41,850 bases of DNA from Fistulifera solaris. Lineage: Eukaryota. The position numbers and the translations under genes are program-made. Below the pieces are notes generated by a model. That model did not search any database and had not been told where the DNA came from. It was given only the letters and a program-made list of their open reading frames with translations. Location of the stretch: contig AP026125.1 in NCBI GenBank assembly GCA_030295235.1, forward strand, positions 2,232,001 through 2,273,850. The letters run 5' to 3'. Shown here piece after piece: positions 24,845 through 38,469 of this stretch. Numbering within the stretch: position 1 is the stretch's first letter; the number at the start of each line of letters is the position of its first letter.

Positions 24845-26276
24845 ATTACCACTCTAACCCCGACAAGCTCTGATCCTTGAGTATAAACGATGGCTGCAGT
24901 TGTTACGGTTCGTCAAGAAAAGGACCTTTTTCTGTCGGCTAATACTTGTTTTTAACAAGTGACTAAAGTACACGAAAAAGAGCGGCTGCTCTTGAGAAGA
25001 AATAAAATAGACGGTCGTAAGCAATGGCTTCAGAGCGTTTACAGCTTAACATGGGACGAACCATTTTGGTCGACTTGCTAGCTATAAATAACAATGAGTT
25101 ATAACAGTGAACTAAATTATCATCGACATTCGATCGACAGACACCACTGGGACGAATGCGGATCCGCCAAATCCGAAGAGAGTGTTAGAGCCTCATTCAA
25201 GATGCGTAACAGCTTTGCCGCCGTTCTCCTGCTGATAGATCTGACGAGCGCTGCACTAGAGACAGCACTCTCGTTTCTGCAGTTTCGTGAGAGTTTGGTA
25301 GTTGAAACTTGTGACCGTCACATTGCATAGAATAGACACAACTAATGAATGGCACTGTTTTCCCTTGTGGCTTTGGTTCAATTGGGGCGCCTTTGCTGCG
25401 TTGAATATTGTAGAATGTTGCATTAATGTGATGGAGGCGGGTCTTGATCCATTAAGGTCTTCTTTGCGGAAGGTGTAAAAGTACATCCATTTATTTTGTG
25501 CTCCCGCCTCCGTGGTTGGTGGTCATGGCTAGGTTGATCTTGTTTTTCATTTCGGGGTGCGGTGATTAAGTCGAAGTCTCTAAGCAAGCTTGAGACTCTA
25601 CCTGGTAGCTAAATTGTAGAGGCTCTCTAGAGGTTCCGGTAGGCTCTAGAGACTCCTCCTCTAGACTCTCTAGACTGATCCTGTATGATCGGTTGTGGAT
25701 CGTCGATACGTTGGTGTCTGTCAGTCGTCCAATTTTGACAAGCGTTTCTATCGAACTTCCCAACGTCCGCCAGACGGAAGATGTACACTTTCACGTACGT
25801 TGCGGGACGGCGGCATTTGACCACGCGGCGGCTTTCATCAACATGGCGGTTGCATGTTGCACCTCTTCGTCTGCAATCTCTGGATTACAATTATTTCCTT
25901 GTCAACAGTAACTCTTTTGTTCTCTATTGTTCTTTGATTTCCTTCAATACAATCGATCAAAAATACTTGGAGGGGAACTTAGTGAAAGCGTGAACTTTCC
26001 TCGTTCTTTTGCTGTCTCGTCGCGATTGGTTGCCCGCTGCTAAGGTTACCGGTCCTAAGATCTCCATCCTTTACAAGTTACAGTTGATTTGTCATATCGA
26101 TCTGCATTTTTGCCGACGGAAGGTCTCTCACTTTTTCTTGTAACGCTGAGAAGAGCACGTGTTTGAAATACTTTGACGTCATTTGAAATTCGAGAATCTT
26201 ATTGTCATCCGCACCAAGCTTGATTCTTTGTTACCCGCTTCTTAGTTCCGTAAAAGAAACCGCAACAACGTTTAAC

Positions 26277-29200
26277 ATGGACGCGTCTCAGTTACAGCAA
26301 GTTGAGGCACTTTGTGAGACGCTCTACACGGGCGTTCCTACGAAAATGGGTGATGCAACGATTACGAGACAAGAAGCGCAGCAGCGCCTCTTGTCGCTTC
26401 AGTCGTCTCCTGAATTTATCCCTCAATGCCAGTATATCTTAGATACCAGCCAGTCCCATTATGCACGCCTAGTTGCAAGTAATAGTCTTATCGAACTTGT
26501 CACTGTGCACTGGAACAACTACACGGTACCGCAGCGTGTTGATATTCGAAACTACGTTCTTCACTATTTGGGAGTCCAGGGTCCAACCTTACCCGACTTT
26601 TTGACGCTCAGCTTGGTCAAACTCGTTTGCCGGATCACGAAGCTTGGATGGTTTGATGATCCTGCTCATCGAGAAATGGTAGACGAGGTCACAAAGTTTC
26701 TTAGCGCCACAATTGGGCACTGCATTTTGGGTCTGAAAATACTGAACTTGCTAGTTGACGAATTGAATATTCCGAGCTCTGGTAGAACGCTAACGCAGCA
26801 CCGGAAGACGAGCGTTAGCTTTCGCGATGTTGCGCTGCTTAAAGTATTTCAGTTGGGGCTCACGACGCTGAAGCAGTTACAGTCGGGTGCGATAGGTAAG
26901 TTGCAGTTGCGTGCCCTGCGGGGCTCTCATTTATCATAGCTCCTCAAACAATATCTGACCTTCATTACATTATAGCCAATGCGGATAATCGTCAACAAGC
27001 GGAACTGGGACTTCAGTCTCTTTCTCTTGTAGTGCGATGTCTCAACTTCGATTTTATCGGAACCAACTCGGATGAATCTACTGAAGACGTCGGCACTATT
27101 CAAGCCCCGACGGCTTGGCGAGGTCTTATCGCAGACTCGGCGACGATGGATTTGTTGTTGGAGTTCTATGCAAAAACAGAGCCACCACAAAGCTCTAAAG
27201 CCATGGAAGCACTGATCTTGATCAGTAGTGTCCGTCGATCACTGTTTCCTACTGATAAGGAGAGAGCTGCGTTTTTATCGAAACTCATTGACGGTATTCG
27301 GAAGCTTTTATTAAATCGAACAGGATTGAATCATCAGGATAATTATCATGAATTCTGTCGTCTTCTTGGAAGGCTGAAAGCGAATTATCAATTAAACGAG
27401 CTAGTCAAGACCGAAGGCTACTTGGAATGGCTGGAACTGGCTGCGAATTTCACCCAACAGAGCCTGGAAAATTGGCAATATTCCACCAATTCTATTCATT
27501 ATCTGCTTGCTCTTTGGGCTCGCCTTGTCGCAGCAATGCCTTATGTTCGAGCGGAGGCGGGCACCCGAAGTCATGCCGACCATCTAAAAACGCAGGTTTT
27601 GAGTGTCGTACAGACATACATAACAAGCATGCTGCAATCCGTGCCGACTGTGCTTCAAAATGGCTTGGACGACCCGCTGGAAGACGATGGAAGTCTGAAA
27701 GAACAGCTGGATCGATTGCCAGTGATTTGTCGCTTCGAATATAGTGCTGTGGCGACGATGATTCTTGATAAATTCGATCCCTTGTTGACACAATACCGAA
27801 ATGCTGTGACCACGTTGGGAACCAATGCTACTTCAGCTGCTCCAGAAAACGTTCAGCAGAATGTGGCTATTATTGAAGGTCAGCTGACATGGTTAGTTTA
27901 CATAGTCGGAGCTGTCGTGGGAGGACACTCGTGGTCGACAGCCCAAACCGAAGGCAACGAAACTATTGACGCTAGTTTGTCGAGGCGCGTCTTGCAATTG
28001 GCACAAGGGATGGATTACCGCTTGACGAGCAGTCAGGGTCAAGGGCGTGCGGATCGTAAACTTGAAGAAGCGCTCTTGTTCTATTTTCAGAACTTTCGCC
28101 GCGTTTACATGTTTATGTGGGACCAAGTGAGCGGAAATGGCAGTTCCAACGCGACTGAGAACATCGTAAGTATGATGACATCAAAATTGGATCATGCTGC
28201 TGGTGGTCCTTCAACGAAACAACAGATCTATCTTCGAATGTTCGATCATCTCGGTATGGGAGACCATTCAGAAGTGTCTAATTTGATTATTACGAAAATG
28301 GGAAACAATTTGAAATACTGGCCGGAAGACGATGAACTGATTGGGAAGACATTGGAGCTCTTACACGACATGGCACAAGGATATTCTAGCAGTAAAATGC
28401 TATTGACTTTAGACACCGTACGATATTTGACGTCGCACCATACCGAAGAACATTTTTCCTTTCTGCTCACCAGCAATCCAAAGCATCGCACGACGTTTCA
28501 TGCTACGCTGACACGATTGCTATTATCGCCTAGTGGTGAGGAAAAGTTGGCCATGACCTTGGAACAATTCCTGGAACCCGTAATAACAAAGATGACGCAA
28601 TTAAATGCAATGTCTCCGGCAGATCTACGCCAGGAGCAATGCCGTATGCCTCTCATTGGCGTCTTGCGCGATTTGCGTGGAATCACGAGTAGTTTGCACA
28701 ACCGCAAGACTTACGGGCAGCTCTTTGATATTTTGCATCCGCATCACTTGCCGCTTTTATCCAAGATCGCTGATGTGTGGGCCGACCAGAATGATGTTGC
28801 AATATCGCTTTTACGGTTTCTTCATGAATTCTGCAGCAACAAAGCGAACCGCGTGAATTTCGACCAGTCAAGTCCGAATGGCATTTTGCTCTTTCGATGC
28901 ACCAGCGATGTCGTTTGTGCTTACGGTCGTCGACTGCTCGCCATGCCGCCTTTATCTCCCAACGATCCCGAGCTGTACAAAAAACGATACAAGGGACTTT
29001 CTCTTGCTTTGAATATTTTGATTTCAAGCCTTGGTGGAAATTACGTTTGCTTTGGTGTATTTGATTTGTACCAGGACCGCGCTCTTGACAACGCGCTTGA
29101 TGTGGCGCTGCGGCTTGCCTTGAGTGTACCCGGTGATGACATACAATCGTATGTGAAATTGAGCAAGGCTTACTTTTCGTTTTTGGAAATTCTGTTCCGA

Positions 29201-29774
29201 AATCATAGAAATGCAGTCTTCAGTCTCGAAACGACTGTTTTCATGCAGATCATGACCGCTATCCATGATGGCTTGCAAGCTAGCGACGCTACCATCAGTG
29301 CCTTTTGTGCCAACTCCATTGATCACCTGGCAACGTTCTACTTCTCCAATGCACAAAAAGACCGACCAGAAGTCCGAAGCCTCAACAAGGTGCGTTATTG
29401 ATTTAAGGTTTAGGCTATTCCTAAAGTTGTATGGCTGCTTACTCATCTTTCGACAGCATTTGCAAGCGCAACCAAACTTGTTCAGCAGTCTAATGTCAAC
29501 CCTGTTCAATTTGCTCTTGTATGGCCCCCCTCAGAATCATTGGGCGGTGATGCGTCCTATGCTTTCGTTGATGCTCGCGAGTGAACCCAGCTATACAGCG
29601 TACAAGACCCATCTTTTGAGTACACAGTCTCCCGAAAATCAGGCGAAACTATCGGAAGCATTTGAGGCATTGACTGCGGACGTAACTCGCAGCTTAGACA
29701 ACACGAATCGTGATCGCTTTACACAGAAGCTAACAGCGTTTCGAATGGCCGTTCGAGGCTTTTTGACGCTTTAA
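26277..29774 (+). CDS. XPO7: Exportin-7 / RanBP16, exons 26277-26895, 26976-29389, 29457-29774
   Basis: Splices in frame through two GT-AG introns. Motifs RITKLGWFD, HRKTSVSFRD, CLNFDFIGT, NYHEFCRLLGRLKANYQLNEL, FDQSSPNGILLFR and NRDRFTQKL. Confidence 0.93.
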
Positions 29775-30173
29775 ACGATTTACTAGAGATGAAATGGGTA
29801 AAATGCCTCAGCTGACGCGTTTTATTCAAACTCGTAACTTTGAAATAGTTCGAAGATGTACTCCCTGAGGCGTGGTTCATAGCAACATACACCATACGGA
29901 GTACTCCGTACGTAATTATTTCGCGCTTTATTTTTGCGTGTCTTTACTTTCCACATTCCATTCCCGAACGACCGGGAAAGGTTGCTTGTAAAGAATACTC
30001 CGTATATCCTTAACCCTTTATGGTGTGTGGTGTTCCTCGCCTCCAGCTTTCCTTGCCGTTCTTTTGTCGTCGGTCAAAAGACAGCCAACAAAATCAATGC
30101 TGTCTATCTATATTCACGACAAATCCTTGTTTTTGCTTCTTGTTCTCATCATCGTACATACAGTCCCTAAAAG

Positions 30174-32726
30174 ATGGAAGCAGTTTGCAATTTAGCGGGA
30201 ACTTGTCGCATTGCGGCAGCATCCGATCGCGTTTTAAACACAGAGTGTGCATACACCTTTCACACGCCTCTCCGAGGAGGAATCTACGTCAGTTGTGTTG
30301 ACTTTATAGGCGTTCATCGTCCTAAAGTCCCTGGATTGTACGTCAAAATCACACAGACTTCTAAACGAAAGGATCTTGAACAAAATAAGAATGCAAAGGC
30401 TACAAAGCTGGCAATCAATGTTGAAGGAGGATTTGATACCGAACGATACGAAATCGTTTCGCAATACGCCGTTGCTGTCATTGACGAAGACTGCAACTTT
30501 GCTGCCGAGCTGCCGTTCAACGATGAAACGAAAAATACTTTTCCTCCCCGAGTTGTTCAGTCGGTGGAATCTATTCTTCATCACACAACTCTCACCACGC
30601 AACAAGAAGTCACACAATGGGAACTCGAAGCCGAGCCCATCCCAGTGAGCAAGTACGCAGCTGACTTGCCTTTTGTTCATAATGGTATCACGATATCGCC
30701 TCATCCCTCTGACTGGAAGTGTCAAAAGACGGTTCGACCGCTAATTTGTGGCTGAATCTTAGCGATGGATACATCGGAGGAGGCCGAAAGAATTGGGATG
30801 GCTCTGGAGGATCGAACGGTGCCTTGGATCATTACGAAGAAACTGGTCGCAAATATCCACTGGTGGTGAAGTTGGGTACTATTAGTCAGGAAAGTGCCGA
30901 TTGCTACAGTTACGCGCCCGATGAAGATGGACCTGTAAAAGTTCCCAACTTGGCGGAGTTGCTTTCGAAGCGGGGAATACAAGTGGGTACTTTGTAAGTA
31001 ATATGATGGATCTAATATCATTTGCGGACTTTATCCCGAAACATCTCTGATATTGGCGTGATTTAATGGCAGGCAAAAAACGGTCAAATCGACCGCCGAA
31101 ATGGAAGTGGAATTAAATGCGACGTACGCCTTTGACGCGATTACGGAAGAGGGTGCCCATCTTCAGCCGGTTGCTTTGCCAGGTCTACAGAATCTAGGGA
31201 ACTCGTGCTATTTGAATTCAGTTGTACAGATGCTCTTCTCCATCCCAGAACTAGCTCACCGATACGGTCCGACTGCGCACGATGCTTTATGCCACGGAGT
31301 GGCCCCGAAAAGATGCCGTTTCGAACGTATTGGTGCAAACCACTCGACTCGCGTCGGCTTTAACCGGCGAGACTTTTACAAAACCGCTTGAAGTAGATGC
31401 AGAAGATCCGCGATACCGTTTGGCCCCACGATTGTTTAAACACTGTATTGGCAAGGAGCATGTCGACTTTTCTACCGGGCAGCAACAAGATGCCGCACAC
31501 TTTTGCAATATTATTTGGAGCTTCTTGACCGCACAGAGCTCTCTCATACAGCTACAACATCAAAAACGTTGCAACCATGTGCCAGTCACCTCTTCGCATT
31601 TGCCACGGAACAGCGTAGGGTTTGCACGGCAGATCAGACTATAAAATACTCTACGTCGGTAGCACCCGAAACGGTCCTTACTTTGCGAATTCCCATGGAA
31701 AATGCGGTCGTCAGAGAAGACGAAGAGGCATCCATCACCGAAACACCGAAGTCACCTGATATGAAGCGAATGAAAAAGGATGGGGACGACGAAGAGCCGA
31801 TACCTAGCATATCGATGAGTGCGATCGTGGCATCATGGGCAGCAGAGAGTATTGTTTCTGATCTCCGGTGGAAGCATCTCGGTGATCAGGTCCATGCAGC
31901 TCATGAAACTGTACGTCTAGAAAACTTTCCTCGTTATTTGCTCATCCAATTGCAGCGCTATACGTTGGGCCCAGACTGGCAGCCCATCAAACTCAAAGTA
32001 AAAGTAGAAAATGCGGATTCTATTTTGGATCTGACTCCCTATCGAGCAAAAGGCGCACAGCCTGGTGAAACACTAGTTCCGGATGAACCTGAAGAAGGCA
32101 ATGCGGCTGATGCGTCCGTTTCGATTGACGAAGGAGCTTTATCGCAGCTAATGGATATGGGATTTTCGATGAATAGTTGCAAGCGCGCTCTTCACGCCGT
32201 TGGAGGCAGTGATGTAGAAGCTGCCATGGGATGGGTGTTTGAGCACAATAACGATCCTGACTTCAACGACCCCTTACCAGAGGATGCGACAAATACCGGC
32301 GGAGTAGGAGTAGACGATGCTGTCGTAGAATCACTCGTGACCAGTTTGGGGTGCTTCACGACCGATCAGGTGCGGGCGGCATTGAATGAATGTGGAGGTG
32401 CTGCCGATCGTGCCGCTGATTGGCTCTTTTCGCACATGGACGATTTGGACAGTGCCATCAAAGGCTTGAAGAATGCTCAATCGGTGGATGCACCGAAACT
32501 TCCACTCGAAGACGGAGAGGGCAAGTACAAGCTAAGGGGTATGATCTCACATATTGGTAAACACACTGGAAGTGGGCATTATGTCGCGCATTTGTTACGC
32601 GATGAAAAATGGATTATTTTTAATGATGAAAAAGTGGCCGAGTCCGCAGAACCACCTTTCCCTCACGCGTATCTTTACCTCTATCAGCGAGTCGACACAA
32701 TTGATAAGCCTCATTCGGGCTACTAG
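30174..32726 (+). CDS. Ubiquitin C-terminal hydrolase, USP5/USP13 (isopeptidase T/Ubp14) family; intron ~30990-31071 and frameshifts
   Basis: ZnF-UBP (NLWLNLSDGYIGGGRKNWDGSGGSNGALDHY), Cys box GLQNLGNSCYLNS, QQQDAAHF, two UBA domains and His box ISHIGKHTGSGHYVAH...FNDEKV. Confidence 0.93.
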
Positions 32727-33646
32727 AAATTAAATGGTCTTAGTATGAATTTCAATCTAGGCATCCTTTTTGGGAATAGGATTTCACTTTGCAAGCACTA
32801 AGAATACTATTGTAGATGATGAGAAGAAGGTAAACATGGCGGTCATCTTTGCGACTTGGCCGTTGGCGCTGTCAATTTGATGATGCGGTGATCGTCTCTC
32901 GCTCTAGAAACAGCGTCACAATTATTCGAGAGAACAACCATTAAAGTTCGAAAGGTTGAATAACTTTCTGTTTAGCTGAGCTGACACCAGCCATCGATTG
33001 GCATGTTCACCTTGTTCTGTCATCTTTAAAGTAACAAAGAGTAATCATTCTCAGCGCGCTCACCCTCGAACTTTGCGCAACAGGAAGAATACTTGAGACT
33101 TCTATCAAACTAAGCTATCAAATAGACTCTGTTTCGTCGTTCGGTTCAGAGATGACAACGATCATCATCGTCATGTTGTGGTCGAGTTGAGTTGAAAAGC
33201 AAGAAAGATCGCGGGTCGCAGATCGAGAGCCGTTAAAGGGCCTACTGGCGCAAGATGTCGCGTCTGTTTCCCACTGTACTTTTTTACTTTTTACTAAAGT
33301 GTAATTTCCCGTTTCGGGTTTCCATTGTTTTCATTGGCTCAATTAGTTTAAGTTGTCATCACGCTTTCTGATTTAAAGCCTAATGAGCAGCTGGTTTCTG
33401 CTTCAGTGACTCCGATCGCCGATCGGTATCCAACATGTACATACCATTGGACAGTCGACCGAAGACTAAAGGAAACCGCAGAAGATGATTTCGGATTTCA
33501 GCTCGTCTCCGTCAACACCATCCAAAGTGGAAACCGAGTCGAAATCGAAAGTCATTCCATCATCATTTCAATATTCGAGGGAACAAGGCCGTTTGGAAGT
33601 AAAACATAACATCAACAATTAACTTGAATATCAATATTGATAGAGA

Positions 33647-36600
33647 ATGCCGATACTGACCGAGCAAACGCGTCTCTTGCCGTCGTCGATAAGTTCTGCT
33701 TCGCTGGAATTAGAAAAAAGTCGCAGCGACGGTGCGCGCAAAGCAGAGAACAAGAGTCGTTATGCCGTTCCTGCTCTTGTACTTTTAGCTCTTATCGTTG
33801 CAGCAATTAGCTTCGCGAACACATCAGTGCGAAAAGTATTCAATATACCCTCGCAAGACGAAAAAGACTGGCATGCGCCGTTGTCGACAAAAGATCCTGT
33901 TCGCGATTTAGGATTGTATGATTTCGATAGACCCGAAAGCTCAAAGCCTCCTTTCGAACACGATGCGAATCAGGCCTTTCCTACCAACGCTTGGTATCTT
34001 AATTTGATGCTCGGAGGCGATCAGCCCGGTAGCATGCAACGCGCATACACTATTCCTTACGTACTGGATGTCGTTGGCCCGATTCCGGGCGTTCGAGTTC
34101 ATCCAAATCACGTCGATGGGTCATCTACGGAGGTCCATGTTGATATGATTGATCAAAATGGGTTAACTCTGGGTGCTATCTCTCCAAACAGCAACAAGAA
34201 GACAGATTTGTCGTACAAAATCCTTGAAATGACGCCGCTCGGAATCACGTTGCAGTGGGTACGTTCGCTTTATCGATTTCTATTTTCCAAGCTTTCGTAT
34301 CGACAATCATTCTCTCACATTTTTGTAACACTGATAGCGCCAATTTGACATGTTTTCTTCCTTGGTTCGAGGTATGCCCTACGCCACCATGACATACAAT
34401 ATGACTTCGACCGAGCATGTATTCTACCCAACTATTGCGTCTGAAATCAGTCTCGCAAGCGACCCGATTATTGACGGAAAAACATCAATGCACTGCGACT
34501 CAAATGACCCTAAACCAATGCGAGTAGAGAAAGAAGTCGAACTCTTTTTTCATGAGAGCGATTTTACCTGGCTTGTCTTTGTTTCAAAGCCCGTCGACAT
34601 ACAATGCGTGCTTTTGTCCGATGGAGGAATGCAATTACAAGTTGTAGATGCTGAAGAGGAATTCATCATGCGTGTTGCCATTGAAAAACTTTGTACCTCG
34701 AACCAAAATCCGATCTATTGTCACCAGGAGCAGATGGACCCGCTAGCTCTGCATATCGGACAAGGGCGATACTTTGACTTGATAAGGGCCGCAGCGCCGG
34801 TCTATCCAGGTCGCAATACTTCAGTTAAGCACTCCGTCGATGAAAATGATGATCTCGTCACGGTCTTTGACTGGGATGCAGCTCTTATGCGAAAGGATAA
34901 TGTCAATTCGACAATTGATGATCTATTGGTTTTTGCGCTACCTCATCACGCTGACATTCTCGTCGATGTTACGCCGTTTCCTGAGAAGTACTGTGCTCAT
35001 TCATTGATAGGACCAGCTTGTCTTGTCAAGGGCAGCACCTGGAAGATGATCGATCAAATGTTGCCAGTTGGATTCCGCGCTCCCCGTCCGATCAGTTCAG
35101 AATATCTTCCGATGTTGTTGGAAAGTTTACAGGAAGATCTGCGTTTTCGTTTGCCCAAAATCTATCGAGAAGGATATGGTGACACGTATTTTTCGGGCAA
35201 AATGTTGGCGAAGCTGGCTCGAATTTGTATGGTGGCGGAAGAAGTCCGAGAACTGTGCAAAGAGATGTCGTGTAACACGCCGCCCTCCGACGAAGACATT
35301 CAAGCAGCCGTCGACGAGCTGAAACGCTCGGTCGAGATTTGGATCAACGGAAATGCGGGCACACCATTTGTCTATGACGCATCATGGGGTGGCGTCGTAA
35401 GTTGTGGCTGCGAATACAATAAAGGGTCATGCGTCAATGAGGTCCCTAACTGTCCGGCTTTCTATGATCCTGGTTTGAATTTTGGCAATGCATACTATGT
35501 AAGTACAGCTGAGTTTGCTCCTTGGTCCCTTCCTTTTGTCGTTTACCTGAACTGAAATTTCCCGCATCAAAGAATGACATGCATTTCCATTATGGATATC
35601 ACATTTATGGAGCTGCCGCTGTGGCTCATTTTGATCCGGCTTGGGGGCGACAATTTTTCGAGCAGGTATTACTGCTCGTTCGAAACATTACCAACCCGTC
35701 GCAAAAGACAAATATTTTACTCAATGGCGCCACAAAGATTGGTATCAGGGACACTCTTGGGCGAGTGGAATTGCAACAACGCCAAGCAATGGTCGAAATC
35801 AGGAGTCATCGAGTGAAGCGATCATGGCCTATGAATCCGTGACATTGTACGGAATGGAAATGGTACGTTGCTTCGATCAAGCAGTATACTTTTATGATTA
35901 GGTAACTGAAAAATGTGCTTCTTCGATTTCAGACTAAAGCCTGGAAAGAAGTTGGCGCTTTGCGAGAAACAGCCACAGCCAAAAGAGTGGAGGAGACCGG
36001 GATGTTTCTTACCGCCTCGGAAGTGCGGTCGGCTCGCAAATACTGGCACGTCGAACCAATCCAGAAAGGACAAGTGAAAATTTTTCCCGCGGTATACCAG
36101 GCTCATGTCGTCGGAATATTGTGGCAAACTATGGCGCAACTGCAGACGTGGTTCGGAAACTTTCCATATCTAGCCTATGGGATTCAGTTGTTGCCCATTA
36201 CTCCCATTTCCGAGAGCCGCGATTCTTTAGCCTGGCTTGAATCTATGTATGCAACACTCGCCGAAAGCTGCGAAAGTAGAACTGATTGTACCGAATCTGG
36301 ATGGAAAATACTGCAGATTGCCGCGTTAGCTTCTGTCGGCTACAGAGAAAAAGCAGCTGAACAAGCTGTCGGACTCACACCAAAAGTATTCGAAGATCCC
36401 GGGGGCAACGGTCACTCGCTGTCAAATACTTTGTGGTACATTGCAACTCGACCTATGGTTGCCAATCCCATTCCTTTGAACGAAACAAAGTCCAAGCAGG
36501 CGAATGCTGAACCGAACGCACCGTCCATTGAGCCCGATTTGAATTTTTGTGGCAAACCTTCCACTTGCACCGATTATGTCCTTGACACTATTGCTGATCA

Positions 36601-37154
36601 ATACTCTTGTCGTCAGCGAATCAGTTGGCTGGTTAGCAGTGGCTCGCCTGTTGATAAGGCATGTGTGCAGGTGGCGTCACTTGAATTCCCACGACAATGT
36701 GGCTTGTGCGATCCATCATCAGAAACAAAACCGGATCAGATGTCGGCTGCAATGTGCCCACCGTGTACAGCGGAGGAATGCCAAAGCAGCTTGAATAGAT
36801 GCCCCTTGTACAAGCATACGTACGTATGCTCTGAGGGAAAATAATTATGGCGGTTGCTCTCCGTTTCCTTGGGCTTTGGAAGACGGAATTTGCAGTACTT
36901 GTTGCGAGCTGACGCACTGTCCGAGGTTCGAAGAAACGATAAGGGTGAAGGGGAACTTTTCCGATGATAAGAACTGCTCACAATGCTCAAAGACGGACTG
37001 TCGTCGGGCTCACACTCAATGTCCATCGCACATGGCAACTCCGTATCTTTGCTTGAAAGGACCAAGTTTTGGAGGCTGTTCTGCACAAGGTTGGAAATCG
37101 TCTAGTGACACTTGTTTGGAATGCTGCCAAGCTAGCGAGGACTGCGACGAATAA
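33647..37154 (+). CDS. GH81 endo-1,3-beta-glucanase with N-terminal membrane anchor and Cys-rich C-terminal extension; 3 introns, frameshifts
   Basis: FPTNAWY, DTYFSGKMLAKLAR, YDASWGGVVS, FGNAYY|NDMHFHYGYHIY, DWYQGHSWASG, NGRNQESSSEA (GH81 catalytic Glu region) and GIQLLPITP. Confidence 0.92.
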
Positions 37155-38469
37155 TATGGAAAACGAGTTGCGGAAAGCTGAGACTAGATCACTAATTTTT
37201 ATAGCGCATTGGCGGTTGAACGCACATTCGTGATTCTTTTCTATCATTGCTATTTCGACGGTCATGTTTCTGCGATTCAGCATGATTGCGAAAGGTAGGT
37301 TGATTGCTAAGATTCGACAATTATCATTATTTTGTGCAAACGGCTGGTTGTAGCTTGGACCGCGGTGCGTGACGTTAAGTGTTGCCGAGATGCTCCGAAT
37401 CGGATGCCGTGAGACAGAATCGCGGTGAACAATGTCGAGAGGGCGAGTGCCTCTTGACGTTGCCGTAGTCTTCCGATAATCGGAAAATTACAGCAAGACA
37501 TAGGAAAGATTGTAGATTGTTACTCCGTATTCGAGAATGATAAGGGCTTCCATAATTGCAACTGATTTTGCTTTTTGATCGACTGCGATTCGATTTTGTC
37601 GCTCGGCCTTTCGACGAGTCGCGATGCAACGCAAAAGCATAATGCGAAACATTCCAAAAGATACTATACAAGAAAGTGTTTCCTGAAAAGGACTATAATT
37701 TCATTCTTTTTACTGTAGACAGCCTTTTGTGTATTGTGTCATGGTTAACGAAGAGTGATTGGACTTGAGTTCGAGGCGTATTGTTTCGCCAAGGAGGCGA
37801 GTATGCCTTTGTTATTTGCCGTGGAAGGCGGAGGAGAAGGTGAAGAATCTCTGCTTCGATGCGCCCCCAATCTATAATTGATTGTAATAAGCGTAGGTAT
37901 CAATAGAGCTATTCTACTGGTGTCGACTATAGGAAATGAAGAGCGGCTGGAAAGTCGTCCGTCGTCGGAGTCGGGAGGCGTGACGGACGAGGCGATGCAC
38001 CCTAAGGCCAGAGTCAGTAATCCGTCGCGTCTGATCGGTATTGACGCCGGCACGGTTGCTCCTGATCTACCTTTTCTATGTTTTCATCTAACTATCCCAA
38101 GCACCTCAAGTTTCAGTGGTAAGAATCTTATGGGGCGCTTCCAACGACCCTCGCCCTAAGTCTTGGAGGTCATCGGGCCCGTTTCCTTCTCAACTACTAT
38201 TCCATCCATACATTCTACTATTGTGGGCACAGTTATTTCACTTCATCAACAAGATCGCAAATTCGCTTCCTCTCAAGATTTACCCCAGCGTAGTGAGTAA
38301 CATCATAATCTAATTTGTTTGCCTAGACTTGTTAGATATCCTGTTGTAAGAGTTTGGAATTGGCCCCAAGCTTGTTGCAACCATCCCTATAGTTTAAGCT
38401 ACGTTATATTCCTGACTGGTAGCACTGCGTCGGTTGCTCTGTTACTTCCGTTCGCAACCCCTGTGCACG

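Noticed and set aside
24900..26270. Short ORFs and a TCTAGA cluster (25620-25680) as a hidden gene or element
   Set aside because: No coherent ORF, TIR/TSD pair or RNA-gene structure could be supported; likely promoter/UTR sequence of exportin-7.
32810..32990. Possible C/D-box snoRNA (ATGATGA ... CTGA)
   Set aside because: Boxes are far apart, with no terminal stem or recognisable rRNA guide.
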